NCBI GenBank assembly: GCA_964464375.1
Contig: CAYXFU010000012.1
Span: 15,800 to 79,799, forward strand
DNA from: an uncultured Hyphomicrobiales bacterium
GTDB taxonomy: Bacteria > Bacteroidota > Ignavibacteria > Kapaibacteriales > UBA2268
Direction of reading: 5' to 3'
Length of the DNA stretch: 64,000 bases
In this document: piece after piece, positions 19,323-30,644 of the stretch
Layout of the letters: each line of letters begins with the position of its first letter
Numbering within the stretch: position 1 is the first letter of the stretch
The notes under the pieces: model-generated
What the model was told of the DNA's origin: nothing
The model's input: only the letters and a program-made list of their open reading frames with translations
Database searches by the model: none
Made by a program: the position numbers and the translations under genes

Positions 19323-19458
19323 ACCTTATTTTAAGTTAAATATTTATGGTAGTGACGACTGAAAATAATTATTAATAAAAAAAATAAAAAAACTCTTTTT
19401 ATTAACTGGTAAACTTCGTATAATTGTTATTTGAAATATATCATAATCACGTAAGACT

Positions 19459-20454
19459 ATGCCATCAAACCAATATTCCACAAAATCATACTATGAACTT
19501 TCTAAGCACAATTTGTCTCAGGTAGTGCTTTTCATATTCCTATCCATTATTGGTATGGTGCTTGTTTTTGTTGTACTGATGCCGATGCTGGAGGAGTTTT
19601 TTAAAGGCTTTTTAAGTGGACATGTATTTAATCATGGAGAAAAGATTTCGTATTTAATTGATTCAAAAGACAATCTCCATACCACAAATTATTTAACCAA
19701 TTGGTCTGTTGACATCTACAAAAACACACCGCAGGAGTCGCGCTATTGGTTCAATCCTGTTCTTTCGTTTTTCCCGATTGCATTTATTATAAGTCTTTTC
19801 ATGTCCATTTCTCTTAGTGCCCTTATGCCGGTTTCGGCGGGATTTATAAGGCAAAAAATTGAGCGCGAAATTGCTAATTTTATCAACCAAATATCCGCAA
19901 ATTATTTCGGATCAACTTCTGACCATGAATTAGCTGAAATTGCAATGATGATCAAATCAGCTGATCTCCAGCAAATGCATGAATACACTGATGACTGGGA
20001 TATCAAGCTTGAAGATCTTAAAATTCTGCAAAGAGCTCTTATTTGGCAGGATTCAAATCTTTTCTATAAAATGGTACATTTGAATGACGGTCTCACTATG
20101 TATATGCGATTTTACTTCACTATGAAGTATAACAATGCTGTGCTAGGTCTGGTCTATATTGGTGCGGCAGTACTTATCATTATTGTTGGTCTGCGTGGAT
20201 TGAAGTTCGTACCTCCAACTCAACCATCGATTGTTCTGTTCGCATTAGGATTGGAATTCACCTTGCTGGTTACTTACGCTTTTACTTTGATGTACACCAG
20301 ACAGGAAGAAGATATGGATAGCGCTGTCGGATCAGGCAATTCATCAATGAATAGTGATTCTTTGTTCATGAGCAGTGATTTCGGCACATCTCGAGAAATT
20401 GAAAAATTACTGAGGGTTTTCATAAAATCTTCTCCCAAGAAGCCGACTAAATAA
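19459..20454 (+). CDS. Membrane protein of unknown function (4 TM; C-terminal pair GldL-like)
   Basis: Four hydrophobic segments; YIGAAVLII...LGLEFTLL motif. Confidence 0.7.
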   Translation: MPSNQYSTKSYYELSKHNLSQVVLFIFLSIIGMVLVFVVLMPMLEEFFKGFLSGHVFNHGEKISYLIDSKDNLHTTNYLTNWSVDIYKNTPQESRYWFNPVLSFFPIAFIISLFMSISLSALMPVSAGFIRQKIEREIANFINQISANYFGSTSDHELAEIAMMIKSADLQQMHEYTDDWDIKLEDLKILQRALIWQDSNLFYKMVHLNDGLTMYMRFYFTMKYNNAVLGLVYIGAAVLIIIVGLRGLKFVPPTQPSIVLFALGLEFTLLVTYAFTLMYTRQEEDMDSAVGSGNSSMNSDSLFMSSDFGTSREIEKLLRVFIKSSPKKPTK

Positions 20455-20460
20455 TAAAAG

Positions 20461-21249
20461 ATGATTGAAATCTCCAATATCAATGATTCTAGAATTGAAT
20501 TATACAAAAGTCTGCGCTTCACACCTAAATCTCATACAGATGCTAACGTCTTTGTAGCCGAAACTGAAAAAGTAGTCTTAAAGATGCTCGAAAGCTCAAT
20601 CGAACCGGTTTCTGTATTTGCTGTTCCCGAATTTTATGAAAAATATTCAGATTTGATTAAATCTAAGGATTTTCCTGAAGGAAATCTCTTTATGGCAAAT
20701 AAAGAGCTTATGAATGAAATCGTAGGTTTTCGCATTCACAGCGGCATAATGGCTATCGGTAAAATTCCACACGACACTCCAATATTAGAATTAGATTCTA
20801 AAATAGTCATATTAAATGGAATTATTGATGCAGAAAATGTCGGTGCCATCGTCAGGAATTGTGCGGCATTCGGATTTAATTCCTTAATAACAGATGAAAA
20901 AAGCTCTTCGCCTTATCTTCGAAGAGCCGTCAGAGTATCGATGGGAAACGTCTTCGAGATTAAAGTCCACCATAGCAAAGATATAATAGCTACTATCAAT
21001 GATCTGAAACGGAATGGAAGTCAGATTTTAGCTGCTGAAATCTGCGATGGATCTATTGCATTAGAAGAAGCTAATTTCAGCGATAAATTCTGCCTGATCT
21101 TCGGCAGTGAAGGTAATGGAATACAAACAGATATTCTAAATATTTGCGATAACATTGTACATATTCCAATATCAAATATTGTTCCTTCTATCAATGTAGC
21201 CGCTTCTAGTGCAGTCTTTCTTCATCATATCAAGAACAAGTTCAGCTGA
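20461..21249 (+). CDS. TrmH/SpoU family RNA methyltransferase
   Basis: [26 protein letters not shown]. Confidence 0.9.
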   Translation: MIEISNINDSRIELYKSLRFTPKSHTDANVFVAETEKVVLKMLESSIEPVSVFAVPEFYEKYSDLIKSKDFPEGNLFMANKELMNEIVGFRIHSGIMAIGKIPHDTPILELDSKIVILNGIIDAENVGAIVRNCAAFGFNSLITDEKSSSPYLRRAVRVSMGNVFEIKVHHSKDIIATINDLKRNGSQILAAEICDGSIALEEANFSDKFCLIFGSEGNGIQTDILNICDNIVHIPISNIVPSINVAASSAVFLHHIKNKFS

Positions 21250-22348
21250 ATTTTTTGCAGGCAATCGGCAGAATATTTCCTTTTGATTCGCTGTACATTG
21301 ATTCTGCACATTCATCACCTTCGCAGGACATGTGGCAGACTCTTTTGAAAGCATGGAAGTTTAATAATTCGACATCAACTGATAAGAAATCAGCTTTAAC
21401 GGGCTCGTCTCTGAGTAAATCTGTACTAAGATACTTTTTATTATCATCAGAAAAAACTGTGGCTATAATAGCATCATGCCCCATCTCATTCATTAGCTTC
21501 AATGCACCGATGAAGTTAGCTCCGCTTGAAATTCCGACAGCTAATCCCAGCTCGGAAGCAAGCTTTTGTGCCATTATGATTGCATCACCATCGTCAACAG
21601 GTATAACTTTATCGAGTTGATCCAGTTTCACAATCTCAGGGATAAATTCGTCTGAAATCCCTTGAATTCTGTGCTTACCAACTTTGTAACCCGTTGTAAG
21701 TGTTGGAGAACTTGCCGGTTCAAGAGGATGAACCTTAACTCCGGGATATTGCTCCTTCAGATATTTCCCAACACCCATGATTGTACCACCAGTTCCAACG
21801 CCTGCGATGAAAGCATCCAGCCTGTGTTCCCTGAAAGCTAACTGCCACCATATTTCGGGTCCGGTTGTCAGATAGTGAGCCTCAACATTATCGTCATTAG
21901 AAAATTGACATGGTAAAAATGTATTGTCCATTTCAGTAGCTAATTCTTCAGAAAATTTGATACTGCCCAGAAAACCACCCTGAGCCGCAGATACTAATCT
22001 GATATCAGCACCAAGACTTTTCAGAAGGTTCTTTCTTTCTTCGCTCATCCAGTCAGGCATAAAGATAGTTACAGGAAACCCAAGCGATCTTCCGATTGCA
22101 GCAAATGAAATACCGGTATTGCCGCTCGTAGCTTCAATTATTCGAGTATCGTCTTTGAGCGACCCATTGTCGATGGCTTTTTTTATAATATGATAAGCCA
22201 TTCTGTCCTTGATACTGCCAGTCAGATTGACGTGCTCAGCTTTTACAAAAATACGTCCTGGTTTACCCTTGAATTTAAAATTAATCTCCATCATAGGAGT
22301 ATTGCCAATCAAATACTTTAAACCATCTACTCTTTTCTGAATATTCAT
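21242..22348 (-). CDS. cysK: Cysteine synthase family PLP enzyme
   Basis: [39 protein letters not shown]. Confidence 0.88.
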   Translation of the reverse strand: MNIQKRVDGLKYLIGNTPMMEINFKFKGKPGRIFVKAEHVNLTGSIKDRMAYHIIKKAIDNGSLKDDTRIIEATSGNTGISFAAIGRSLGFPVTIFMPDWMSEERKNLLKSLGADIRLVSAAQGGFLGSIKFSEELATEMDNTFLPCQFSNDDNVEAHYLTTGPEIWWQLAFREHRLDAFIAGVGTGGTIMGVGKYLKEQYPGVKVHPLEPASSPTLTTGYKVGKHRIQGISDEFIPEIVKLDQLDKVIPVDDGDAIIMAQKLASELGLAVGISSGANFIGALKLMNEMGHDAIIATVFSDDNKKYLSTDLLRDEPVKADFLSVDVELLNFHAFKRVCHMSCEGDECAESMYSESKGNILPIACKKFS

Positions 22349-22635
22349 ATTTAAATAACTTTCTGCATTTTTGATTTACTAAGACATGCAAATTAATCAA
22401 TTTTTTGAAAAAATTATTTGAGATAATCTTTAAATAACTTTTTATAGCCACTTTAGTACATAGCTAACAAAGAATGCTTGATTTGTGAACTGATTCTCTA
22501 CAGTTAAAGATTTTATTTTGCCACTTCTAACCTTAGTAATTGCAAATCACCACAAAAAAAGCATCATACTATCTTATGAAAATGAATAAATTATCTGATA
22601 AGGTTTTGAAGACAAAAAGGACTTACTCGGATTTT

Positions 22636-24102
22636 CTATCCCTTGATCTCAAACCAATTCTTAATCTTCTCTTCATCACTATCAACAAAACTTCTGTGAT
22701 TGAACTCATTAGTCAAGGGGTTATGAATATATTCCTTTTCCAGATCAGCTATATTTTCAACGATGTATTTGATTGAATCGCATACGTAATGTACTTCCTC
22801 GTCTGTCGTAGTAGGATGGAACGATGCCCGAACCCAACCTGGTTTATCAAATAGACATCCGTTCTCGATCTCTGAGGTTATTTTATTTGAAGTATCAACA
22901 TTTACATGGAGAAGATAATGTCCGTAAGTGCCAGCGCATGAGCATCCGCCCCTGGTCTGTACACCGAACATATCATTCAGCAATTTCACAATTAAATTAT
23001 AATGGATATTCTCGACATAGAATGACATAATTGCAAGTCTATGCTCAATATTATCAGCTAAAATATGCAGATTAGGGATTTTCCTCAATTTTTCAAATGC
23101 TATCCGAACAATCTCCTTTTCCCTTATCAGCATATTTACAACCCCCATTTCGTCCTTCAGCTTTATAGCTAATGCCGCTCTTATAGTCTGAAGGAATCCA
23201 GGTGTGCCTCCATCTTCGCGTGCTTCAATATCCTCTATAAAACTATGTTGCCCCCAGGGATTAGTCCACTTAACTGTGCCACCGCCAGTATTATCCGGAA
23301 TTTTATTGTGATATAATTTGGAATCGAAAATCAATACTCCCGAAGATCCCGGACCACCCAAAAATTTATGAGGAGAAAAGAAAATAGCATCAATCTTTTT
23401 TGTTTCATCTTCTGGATGCATGTCGATATCAATATATGGAGCAGATGCAGCAAAATCTACAAAACAATAACCACCATACTTATGCATCAATTGTGCCATT
23501 TCATGATAATTTGTCTGTATTCCGGTAACATTTGAACAAGCTGTGAATGCACCTATTATAGTCTTTCGATTTGCAAATTGTTTCAGGTTGTTTTCCAGGT
23601 CATCAAGATTGACAAGACCTTCCTCATCAGGCTCTAAATGCACAACGTCTGCCATTGTAACAAGCCAGGAAGTCTGATTGGAATGATGCTCCATGTGTGT
23701 AACGAAAACAATTGGTCTGTCCTCTTCTGCGAGATGAATAAACTTCTGCATCTGCTCCGGGACCTTCAATCCAAGTATCCTCTGAAATTTATTCACAGCT
23801 CCTGTCATACCTGTATCAGGCGTTATAATTATATCAGTTGAGCTAGCATTGACATGCTTTTTAATAATTTCATGAGCAAGATGATAAGCAATTGTCATAG
23901 TCTTCCCTGTTTTTGTTGCCTCAGTGTGGGTATTGGCAACGAATGGGAAGAACTGCTCTATCAATTTCTCTTCTAACGGCTTGAACAATCTTCCGCTTGC
24001 CGTCCAATCAGCATAAATAATCTTTTTTTCACCAAATGGTGAACGGAATGTTTGGTCAATACCTATAATTCCATCACGATAACCACTAAAATAATCTTCC
24101 AT
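22636..24102 (-). CDS. Class V aminotransferase / cysteine desulfurase-like protein
   Basis: YADWTASGR, EHHSN, SPHKFLGGPG, RGGCSCAG. Confidence 0.88.
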   Translation of the reverse strand: MEDYFSGYRDGIIGIDQTFRSPFGEKKIIYADWTASGRLFKPLEEKLIEQFFPFVANTHTEATKTGKTMTIAYHLAHEIIKKHVNASSTDIIITPDTGMTGAVNKFQRILGLKVPEQMQKFIHLAEEDRPIVFVTHMEHHSNQTSWLVTMADVVHLEPDEEGLVNLDDLENNLKQFANRKTIIGAFTACSNVTGIQTNYHEMAQLMHKYGGYCFVDFAASAPYIDIDMHPEDETKKIDAIFFSPHKFLGGPGSSGVLIFDSKLYHNKIPDNTGGGTVKWTNPWGQHSFIEDIEAREDGGTPGFLQTIRAALAIKLKDEMGVVNMLIREKEIVRIAFEKLRKIPNLHILADNIEHRLAIMSFYVENIHYNLIVKLLNDMFGVQTRGGCSCAGTYGHYLLHVNVDTSNKITSEIENGCLFDKPGWVRASFHPTTTDEEVHYVCDSIKYIVENIADLEKEYIHNPLTNEFNHRSFVDSDEEKIKNWFEIKG

Positions 24103-24217
24103 TTTACAATTTTATTATTTTTTACAATACCATTTACAAAATTACTAAAAATAATGATGGGACTATTTTAAAAAGGATATTATAAGCTAAATGGATGTAG
24201 GGGATCAATTTTTTCTA

Positions 24218-24254
24218 AAACACAGAATCCCGTCGGAACGGGATTCTGTGTTTT
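24218..24254. terminator. Bidirectional terminator
   Basis: aaaacacagaatcccgt..acgggattctgtgtttt. Confidence 0.8.
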
Positions 24255-24272
24255 AAAAAATAAATTCGACAT

Positions 24273-25313
24273 TTACGCACTTTTTAATTTTTTCAGAACA
24301 TTGTTGACGTTGTTGATTGTCTTCAGCATTTGATCGGGCATATCCGTAATGTTTACCATAGTGTGAGGAATTCCGGCCTGAACGATTGTTCTCGGCATCG
24401 ATGGAGCTACTGCAGTCTCGGGATCCTGTACGAGTAGCTGTCCGCCAACGTGTACGATATTCATAGCACCCTTCATCCCGTCACGTCCCAATCCGGTGAG
24501 AACCACACCAACAGTGAATCTGCCGAATGCCTCTGCCACACTTCTGAAAAGGGGATCTGCTGATGGTCGTACAAAATTCTCTTTCGGACCGTCGTCAATT
24601 GTAATTCTGTAGGATCTGTTGTTTACTCGCATGTGTTTGTCACCAGGAGCAAGATATACAGTACCTGCATTGCTTTCCAAGCCTCCTGATGCGAGCAGAA
24701 CATTGAGCGAAGTCTCTCTCTGCAGTCGCTGAGCGAATGTTTCGAGCATCCATGGCGGTCCGTGCTGTACAATATAAAATGCAGTATTAGCAGGATTGCC
24801 CAAAGTTTCGAGATTCTTAAAGATATCGATCAATGTAGGAGGTCCACCTGTACTTGTGGCTATGCAAACAGCCACAAAATTTGGATACTTAGTTTCGTCA
24901 GCTTTTATCACTTCAATATTATCTAATTGTAAACTTTGATTTTTTCTTGCTAATCCATCGCGGAGTCTAGACATCAGATCGTCAACGTCTATTGGTTTAG
25001 CTAAATAGTCATCTGCTCCGGATTCCATCGCATAGTTTCTGGCACCTTCAGAAACCAATGCGGTGATCATAATAATTAAAGGCAGAATATCCATCTTTTC
25101 TCTCATACGACGGATAAGTTCTATGCCGTCCATCTGTGGCATCATCCAGTCGGATAAAATGGCATCAAAGCTTTCTGTTTCGAGCACATTAAGTGCTTCC
25201 ACACCATTATGAGCAACCTTGACATCATATCCGGCTTTAATCAAAATCCGCTTTAGAAGCAGAGAATTGGTCAATTCGTCTTCAACGACGAGTATTTTTG
25301 AGTTATTTCCCAT
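24273..25313 (-). CDS. cheB: Receiver domain + CheB methylesterase
   Basis: REC (VVEDE, DWMMP, KP); catalytic S-H-D in TSTGGP, VQHG, LTGLGRDG; RPSADPLF. Confidence 0.85.
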   Translation of the reverse strand: MGNNSKILVVEDELTNSLLLKRILIKAGYDVKVAHNGVEALNVLETESFDAILSDWMMPQMDGIELIRRMREKMDILPLIIMITALVSEGARNYAMESGADDYLAKPIDVDDLMSRLRDGLARKNQSLQLDNIEVIKADETKYPNFVAVCIATSTGGPPTLIDIFKNLETLGNPANTAFYIVQHGPPWMLETFAQRLQRETSLNVLLASGGLESNAGTVYLAPGDKHMRVNNRSYRITIDDGPKENFVRPSADPLFRSVAEAFGRFTVGVVLTGLGRDGMKGAMNIVHVGGQLLVQDPETAVAPSMPRTIVQAGIPHTMVNITDMPDQMLKTINNVNNVLKKLKSA

Positions 25314-25443
25314 TAAAAAAAATATAATTTAAATATAACTTAAGATATTATCGGCATTAAATTTTTAATATTTAATAAAAAAAGGGACAAAAGCCCCTTT
25401 TTTTTATTTTTTATCTGTAAGTATTATACTTTATTGCAATTCT

Positions 25444-27516
25444 TTATTGAACGGGCTTAAATTCATTTTCATCTATAGGTTGATTTGTCTTGTAGGTATG
25501 CTCGAATTTCAATGTGTACATTGGATTCGTTGTTTCGTTAACACTTGGAAGTTTAACTCCGTCAACATCGATATAATTGCTGAAAACATCTGTTACCGGC
25601 ATATCGCCATCTTTAGATTTAAGCATGGATTCAATCTTTTTTAGAAGAAAAGACTGAGAATCGAAGTAATATGTACTTTCTGAGCCTTTGGGTGAAACGA
25701 CTTTCATTTGAATGTCACTTCCTTGCTTACCAAGTACCAAACATTTGTAACCAAGATCGATAAGTTTTGTATGGTTGAATAAAGTAGCATCAAATAACGC
25801 AGTTTCCAAATCTTCGCCCTCTTTTTTATTCAATCCACTGGGGTCCTTTGACCAGAAATCTTTGCCATCTGACCATGTGGTTTGCTTTGTAACTTTAAGG
25901 TCTAGATCCATAAAAAATTTATTTGGTGACATATTCTTCATTATCATTTGCCCCTGGAATTCCTGACCACTGATGGCTAATGTTGTCTTGGACTCAGTGA
26001 TTAAAGTCTTAACCTTGGCTAGAGCATCTTTTCCACCTAAGGCTTTTACGTAATTTTCAATCAACTCTTCGGCATCGAGAGAAACCTTTTCGAATTTAGC
26101 TTTTTCGCCTGTTAATGGGTTCAGGTCGAGATCAAATTCATATATCTTACCGAATTTCTCCAATTTCGACTTTACATCAGCATTGCCAACAACTATGATG
26201 TACGCATTCTGTGGATTCATCAGCTTTTCTGCTACATTTTTCACTTGATATGCAGAATAATTCATATATCTTGATGGATAATTCTTTACCCTATCAATTG
26301 GGATACCCATGAAATCAGCATTCTGTATCAAACTTGCGAGGAAGCTGGAATTTTCGAATGACATCATGTATTGGCCAACTCTGAATCTTTTCACTCTGCT
26401 GATTTCTGTTTCTTCAGATGGTTCTGTTGCCAGGTCACGCATAAGATCAAGAACAACAGTAATGGCAGAATCAGTAACGGAATTTCTGACATCAGCCTGA
26501 CAGCTGAATCTGTTTCCGTATTTATTCTGTGAAAGTGAGGCTGAAGGACTATAGGTATATGAATGCTTTTCTCTTAGTGTTCGGAATAACCTTGATCCAA
26601 AACCACCACCCATGATTGCCGAGCCAAGTCCTTGAATTTCAAATTCAGGATCATTATAACGAAGACCCTTTGTTGTAATCATTAGAGTTGATTGAACGGA
26701 ACCGGGTCTGTTAACAAAATAAACACCAATTGGCATCGGTTTAGGATCCGGCATAGTCGTCGAAGCCTTTTGTCCGGACTTCCAACCATCCAAAGCTTTG
26801 TTGAGAGCCGCAATTATTTCGGAATCGGTTACGTCACCAACAACAATTATTGATGCATCATTTGGTTTGAAGACAGCTTTGTAATAACTTTTGACATCTT
26901 CAAGTTTTATATCCTTCAACGAAGCTTCTGTTTCATATTCTCCATAAGGATGCATGTCACCGAAGATAACGCGTCTTGCCATATTAGAAGCTATGGAAGT
27001 TGGATTCGATTTCGATTGTTTCAATCCGGCTAATTTCTGAGGAATTAATTTATCGAATTCATCTTCTGGAAATGTAGGTCTCAACAATACATCAGCAAAT
27101 ATTTCAAGAATCATATTCAAATGCTTTTTTAATCCTGATGCAGATACAGCTATGTAATCGCTATTAGTGGAAACATTTACATCAGCACCGATTCCATCAA
27201 GGGTATTGGCAATATCCAATGCTGACAGTTTGCCGGCACCCTTAATCATTAAATCAGTTGTAAGATCGGCAACACCATTTTTGTTTTCGAGGCTCGAACC
27301 ACCTGGAATAAGCAATCTAATCGAGAATGTTGGTTGTTCATCATCTTTTACGATGAAAAGTTTTAATCCATTGCTAAGTTTAGTTTCTTTGTATTCCGGG
27401 AATGCAAAGTCCTTTGCCTGCAATGGTTCCGGTTTCTTTGTAATATCTTCTTTTTCCTGAGCAATTAATGAAAAACTCATAGCTACCAGAAAAATAAGAC
27501 TTAATAATTTTCTCAT
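25444..27516 (-). CDS. M16B peptidase non-catalytic subunit with extra C-terminal domain
   Basis: LSNGL, no HxxEH, SRLFRTLREKHSYTY; C-terminal KALGG domain. Confidence 0.82.
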   Translation of the reverse strand: MRKLLSLIFLVAMSFSLIAQEKEDITKKPEPLQAKDFAFPEYKETKLSNGLKLFIVKDDEQPTFSIRLLIPGGSSLENKNGVADLTTDLMIKGAGKLSALDIANTLDGIGADVNVSTNSDYIAVSASGLKKHLNMILEIFADVLLRPTFPEDEFDKLIPQKLAGLKQSKSNPTSIASNMARRVIFGDMHPYGEYETEASLKDIKLEDVKSYYKAVFKPNDASIIVVGDVTDSEIIAALNKALDGWKSGQKASTTMPDPKPMPIGVYFVNRPGSVQSTLMITTKGLRYNDPEFEIQGLGSAIMGGGFGSRLFRTLREKHSYTYSPSASLSQNKYGNRFSCQADVRNSVTDSAITVVLDLMRDLATEPSEETEISRVKRFRVGQYMMSFENSSFLASLIQNADFMGIPIDRVKNYPSRYMNYSAYQVKNVAEKLMNPQNAYIIVVGNADVKSKLEKFGKIYEFDLDLNPLTGEKAKFEKVSLDAEELIENYVKALGGKDALAKVKTLITESKTTLAISGQEFQGQMIMKNMSPNKFFMDLDLKVTKQTTWSDGKDFWSKDPSGLNKKEGEDLETALFDATLFNHTKLIDLGYKCLVLGKQGSDIQMKVVSPKGSESTYYFDSQSFLLKKIESMLKSKDGDMPVTDVFSNYIDVDGVKLPSVNETTNPMYTLKFEHTYKTNQPIDENEFKPVQ

Positions 27517-27564
27517 TTGTTTATCCTATTAATATTATTTTCAAAATGTGTGTTTGATAATTAA

Positions 27565-28902
27565 TTATTTCTTAGCTTTGGGCATATAGTATAAAACTAC
27601 CCTGTTGGGTGTGTCCAGATAATCTTTAGCGACCTTTTGTAAGTCAGCTTTGGTCACACTCTGATATTTATCAAACTCATTGTTAATCATTCCGGCATCG
27701 TTAAAGTAAGTGTAATATCTTGCAAGGCTCTGAGCCTTATCTAATACATTTTTCTTGTCGGCAATGAATCCAACTTCAGTTATATTTTTAGCTTTTGTAA
27801 GCTCCTCGTCAGTAACTCCGTTTTTCACTACTTTATCAATCTCTTCAGTCATCACTTCGAGCACTTTCTTTGGATCTTTACCAAGTGCAGGAATACCGAT
27901 GAGCATAACTACGCCGGTGTATTGAAGATTTATTGGATTAAGCTGGGCAGCAACCGCTATCTGATCCTTATCAACCAGTCTTTGATACATTCTTGAGCTT
28001 TCACCACTGGCAAGAATTTCACTCAATAATGACATTGCATAATAATCTTTGTCACCTAGCTTTGGACCTCTATAACCGATGAACACACCTGGTAGCTGAG
28101 CTTTTGAATCTTCGATAGTTTCTGTTATTGGAGCGGCAAGTGGAGTGATACGAAATTTCTCTCTTTTCGGCTCTTGAGCTCTTGGGAGTACGCCGAAGTA
28201 CTCTTTTACATAATCTTTTGCCTCTTTTATGTCAAAATCACCTACCACAGCTAGAACTGCGTTATTTGGCTGATAAAAATTATTATAAAAATCACGGAAC
28301 TCCTGAATATCAGCTTTGTTAATATGCTGTTCGGATCCTATAGGTGTCCATTCATAAGATGTACCATTAAAGAGGTATTTCATCATATTTTCGAATAACG
28401 TGCCGTAAGCAGTATTATCATTTCTCATCTTGCGTTCTTCTTTAACAACTCCGCGCTGTGTTTCCACACCAACTGAATCGACAAGTAATCCTCTCATTCT
28501 CTGGGATTCAATCCAGAGAGCAAGTTTAATCTCATTGGATGGTACTCTGAATTTGTAAACTGTTTCATCAAATGCTGTGTGAGCATTGAGCCATCCACCA
28601 GCTTCTTCGACATATTTATCAATAGTAGCTCTGGGGATATTTGTAGTGCCTTCGAACATCAGATGCTCAAAGAAATGAGCAAAGCCTGTTCTTTGCGGGT
28701 TTTCATCACGCGATCCGACACGGTAATGAACAACTGTTGAAACAACAGGTGCACTTTTGTCGATGCAATAGATTACCTGTAAGCCATTGGGAAGAGAGTC
28801 CCGTTCAAATTTTATCGGTTTGAAATCACCTTTGGCAAAGACCATTTGTCCAATACCAATCGATATCACCAATAAAACAGTTATCATTCTGATTTTCTTC
28901 AT
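27565..28902 (-). CDS. M16B zinc peptidase, catalytic subunit
   Basis: GFAHFFEHLMF (HxxEH), NAHT..D.T.Y, VVKEER. Confidence 0.92.
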   Translation of the reverse strand: MKKIRMITVLLVISIGIGQMVFAKGDFKPIKFERDSLPNGLQVIYCIDKSAPVVSTVVHYRVGSRDENPQRTGFAHFFEHLMFEGTTNIPRATIDKYVEEAGGWLNAHTAFDETVYKFRVPSNEIKLALWIESQRMRGLLVDSVGVETQRGVVKEERKMRNDNTAYGTLFENMMKYLFNGTSYEWTPIGSEQHINKADIQEFRDFYNNFYQPNNAVLAVVGDFDIKEAKDYVKEYFGVLPRAQEPKREKFRITPLAAPITETIEDSKAQLPGVFIGYRGPKLGDKDYYAMSLLSEILASGESSRMYQRLVDKDQIAVAAQLNPINLQYTGVVMLIGIPALGKDPKKVLEVMTEEIDKVVKNGVTDEELTKAKNITEVGFIADKKNVLDKAQSLARYYTYFNDAGMINNEFDKYQSVTKADLQKVAKDYLDTPNRVVLYYMPKAKK

Positions 28903-28965
28903 TGATTGAAATCCTTGAAAATATTAAAATTGAAAATTCGATTTTTTTAATCTAGTTATTACGTT

Positions 28966-30615
28966 TTATTTTATTCTTTGTTTCATCCACACAGTAATTA
29001 ATCCAAACGCAGTTACAGCCAGACATAGAAATGCCAGCCAGTCACCGAACTGTGTGTAAATACTCTTTTCTTTCAGACAAACAACTTCTCCGCAAAATCC
29101 AATAGATTTGTACTGTTCTGCTCTGCTCAATGTTCTACCATCCGCCCCGATAATCCCGCTAACACCACTATTCGCACTGCGTGCAACGTACCGTCTGTTC
29201 TCAATTGCCCGCATAACAGCGATTTGAAAATGTTGTTCAGGACCAAATGTGTAATCATACCAAGCATCGTTTGTGATAATTGTAATGAAATCGGCATTAA
29301 GATTAACAAAATCTCTGACGAAACCGGGGAAGATAGATTCAATGCAGATAATTGGAGCAATTTTAGCCGTTTTCCCATTATTCTCCATAGTAAGCAGTTT
29401 CTGTTCTTTCCCTCTATCCCAGGAAGATATTCCGACACCCCATTCGATCCATTTCCTAAGGAATGAAAATACCTCCATAAATGGAATTCTCTCACCGAAT
29501 GGTGTTAACTTCATCTTATGGTAAATCTGAGGATTTAGTTTATCTGATGGAGCCGGATTGAGCAATAAAGCTGAATTATAGGAATCGTACACCATTGTCG
29601 TATCATTCATATAAGCTTTTGCGGCAATCGATGGTTTCTCGCCAGGTTTATAGAAATACATATCTGCATAGCCGGTCAGCAGGGATGTTTTATAACCGTT
29701 TATCCAACCCTGTAATGGAGAAAAATCATGATCTGCATTCATTTTTAAGCTTAGCTTTAAGACAGCAGTTTCACTCCAGAGGAACAAATCCGGTTTTGCC
29801 CCAGTCGATATCAGCGAATCCTGTATATGCATGTGCTTGTAAACCTGCTGCGAAGCACTCATTTCCCATTTCTGCCATGGGTTGATTGTTGGTTGAATAA
29901 TTCCGACTTTTATAATTTGATTCCCTTCAATCAATTTCTGATGAACGAATTGATTCACTCTTAATGCACCATAGATGTAAGGAATTATAATAAGTGAAAT
30001 TAAAGGTATAATGAGTTTTTGGAAATTTCTGTTTTTGATTAAAATATTTAGCTTTTTTCTATCGGGGGTGAGCTCTCTCAGCAAAAATATAGTTTTTAAT
30101 AATATGACATTTATCAGAACAATCACAAATCCGACTCCATATACTCCGGCAATATCGGCAAATTGTACCCAATTCAGATTGAGTGTTTGTGTGTAGCCAA
30201 TGTTTAACCAGGGATATGCCAGATCGCTGATACTGTGAAGCCATTCAAAGCTAATCCAGATAAACGGGAAATACCAGATCGCTTGATTGAAATCAATCCT
30301 TCTGCGGATCATCCTATAAATAAGAAATGGAAAAAGAAATAGGAATGGATGAACTAATGCAACAGCTAATCCCGATATAAAAAGATAGGGATCAGTCTCA
30401 GCCTGCCAACTGCTTATCCACCAGTTTGCTCCTGCATGATAAATGAAAAAGACCAGGTATATAATCAGAAGCTGACGCTTATGTTGTTGTTCTAACCAGA
30501 ATAAAAGTGGTACAAATGCTACAAAAGCAAGATTACCGAATGGCATTGGTGGAAAAGATAATGCTAGAAGTAATCCGGTGACCAAAGCCAATAATATATT
30601 ATTCTTTTTATCCAT
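28966..30615 (-). CDS. lnt: Apolipoprotein N-acyltransferase
   Basis: WSET, YHKMKLTPFGE, ICIESIF, TNDAWY, RAIENRR..RSANSG. Confidence 0.95.
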   Translation of the reverse strand: MDKKNNILLALVTGLLLALSFPPMPFGNLAFVAFVPLLFWLEQQHKRQLLIIYLVFFIYHAGANWWISSWQAETDPYLFISGLAVALVHPFLFLFPFLIYRMIRRRIDFNQAIWYFPFIWISFEWLHSISDLAYPWLNIGYTQTLNLNWVQFADIAGVYGVGFVIVLINVILLKTIFLLRELTPDRKKLNILIKNRNFQKLIIPLISLIIIPYIYGALRVNQFVHQKLIEGNQIIKVGIIQPTINPWQKWEMSASQQVYKHMHIQDSLISTGAKPDLFLWSETAVLKLSLKMNADHDFSPLQGWINGYKTSLLTGYADMYFYKPGEKPSIAAKAYMNDTTMVYDSYNSALLLNPAPSDKLNPQIYHKMKLTPFGERIPFMEVFSFLRKWIEWGVGISSWDRGKEQKLLTMENNGKTAKIAPIICIESIFPGFVRDFVNLNADFITIITNDAWYDYTFGPEQHFQIAVMRAIENRRYVARSANSGVSGIIGADGRTLSRAEQYKSIGFCGEVVCLKEKSIYTQFGDWLAFLCLAVTAFGLITVWMKQRIK

Positions 30616-30644
30616 TGTTTTTTTTTATTAGTTTCTGATTGAAA

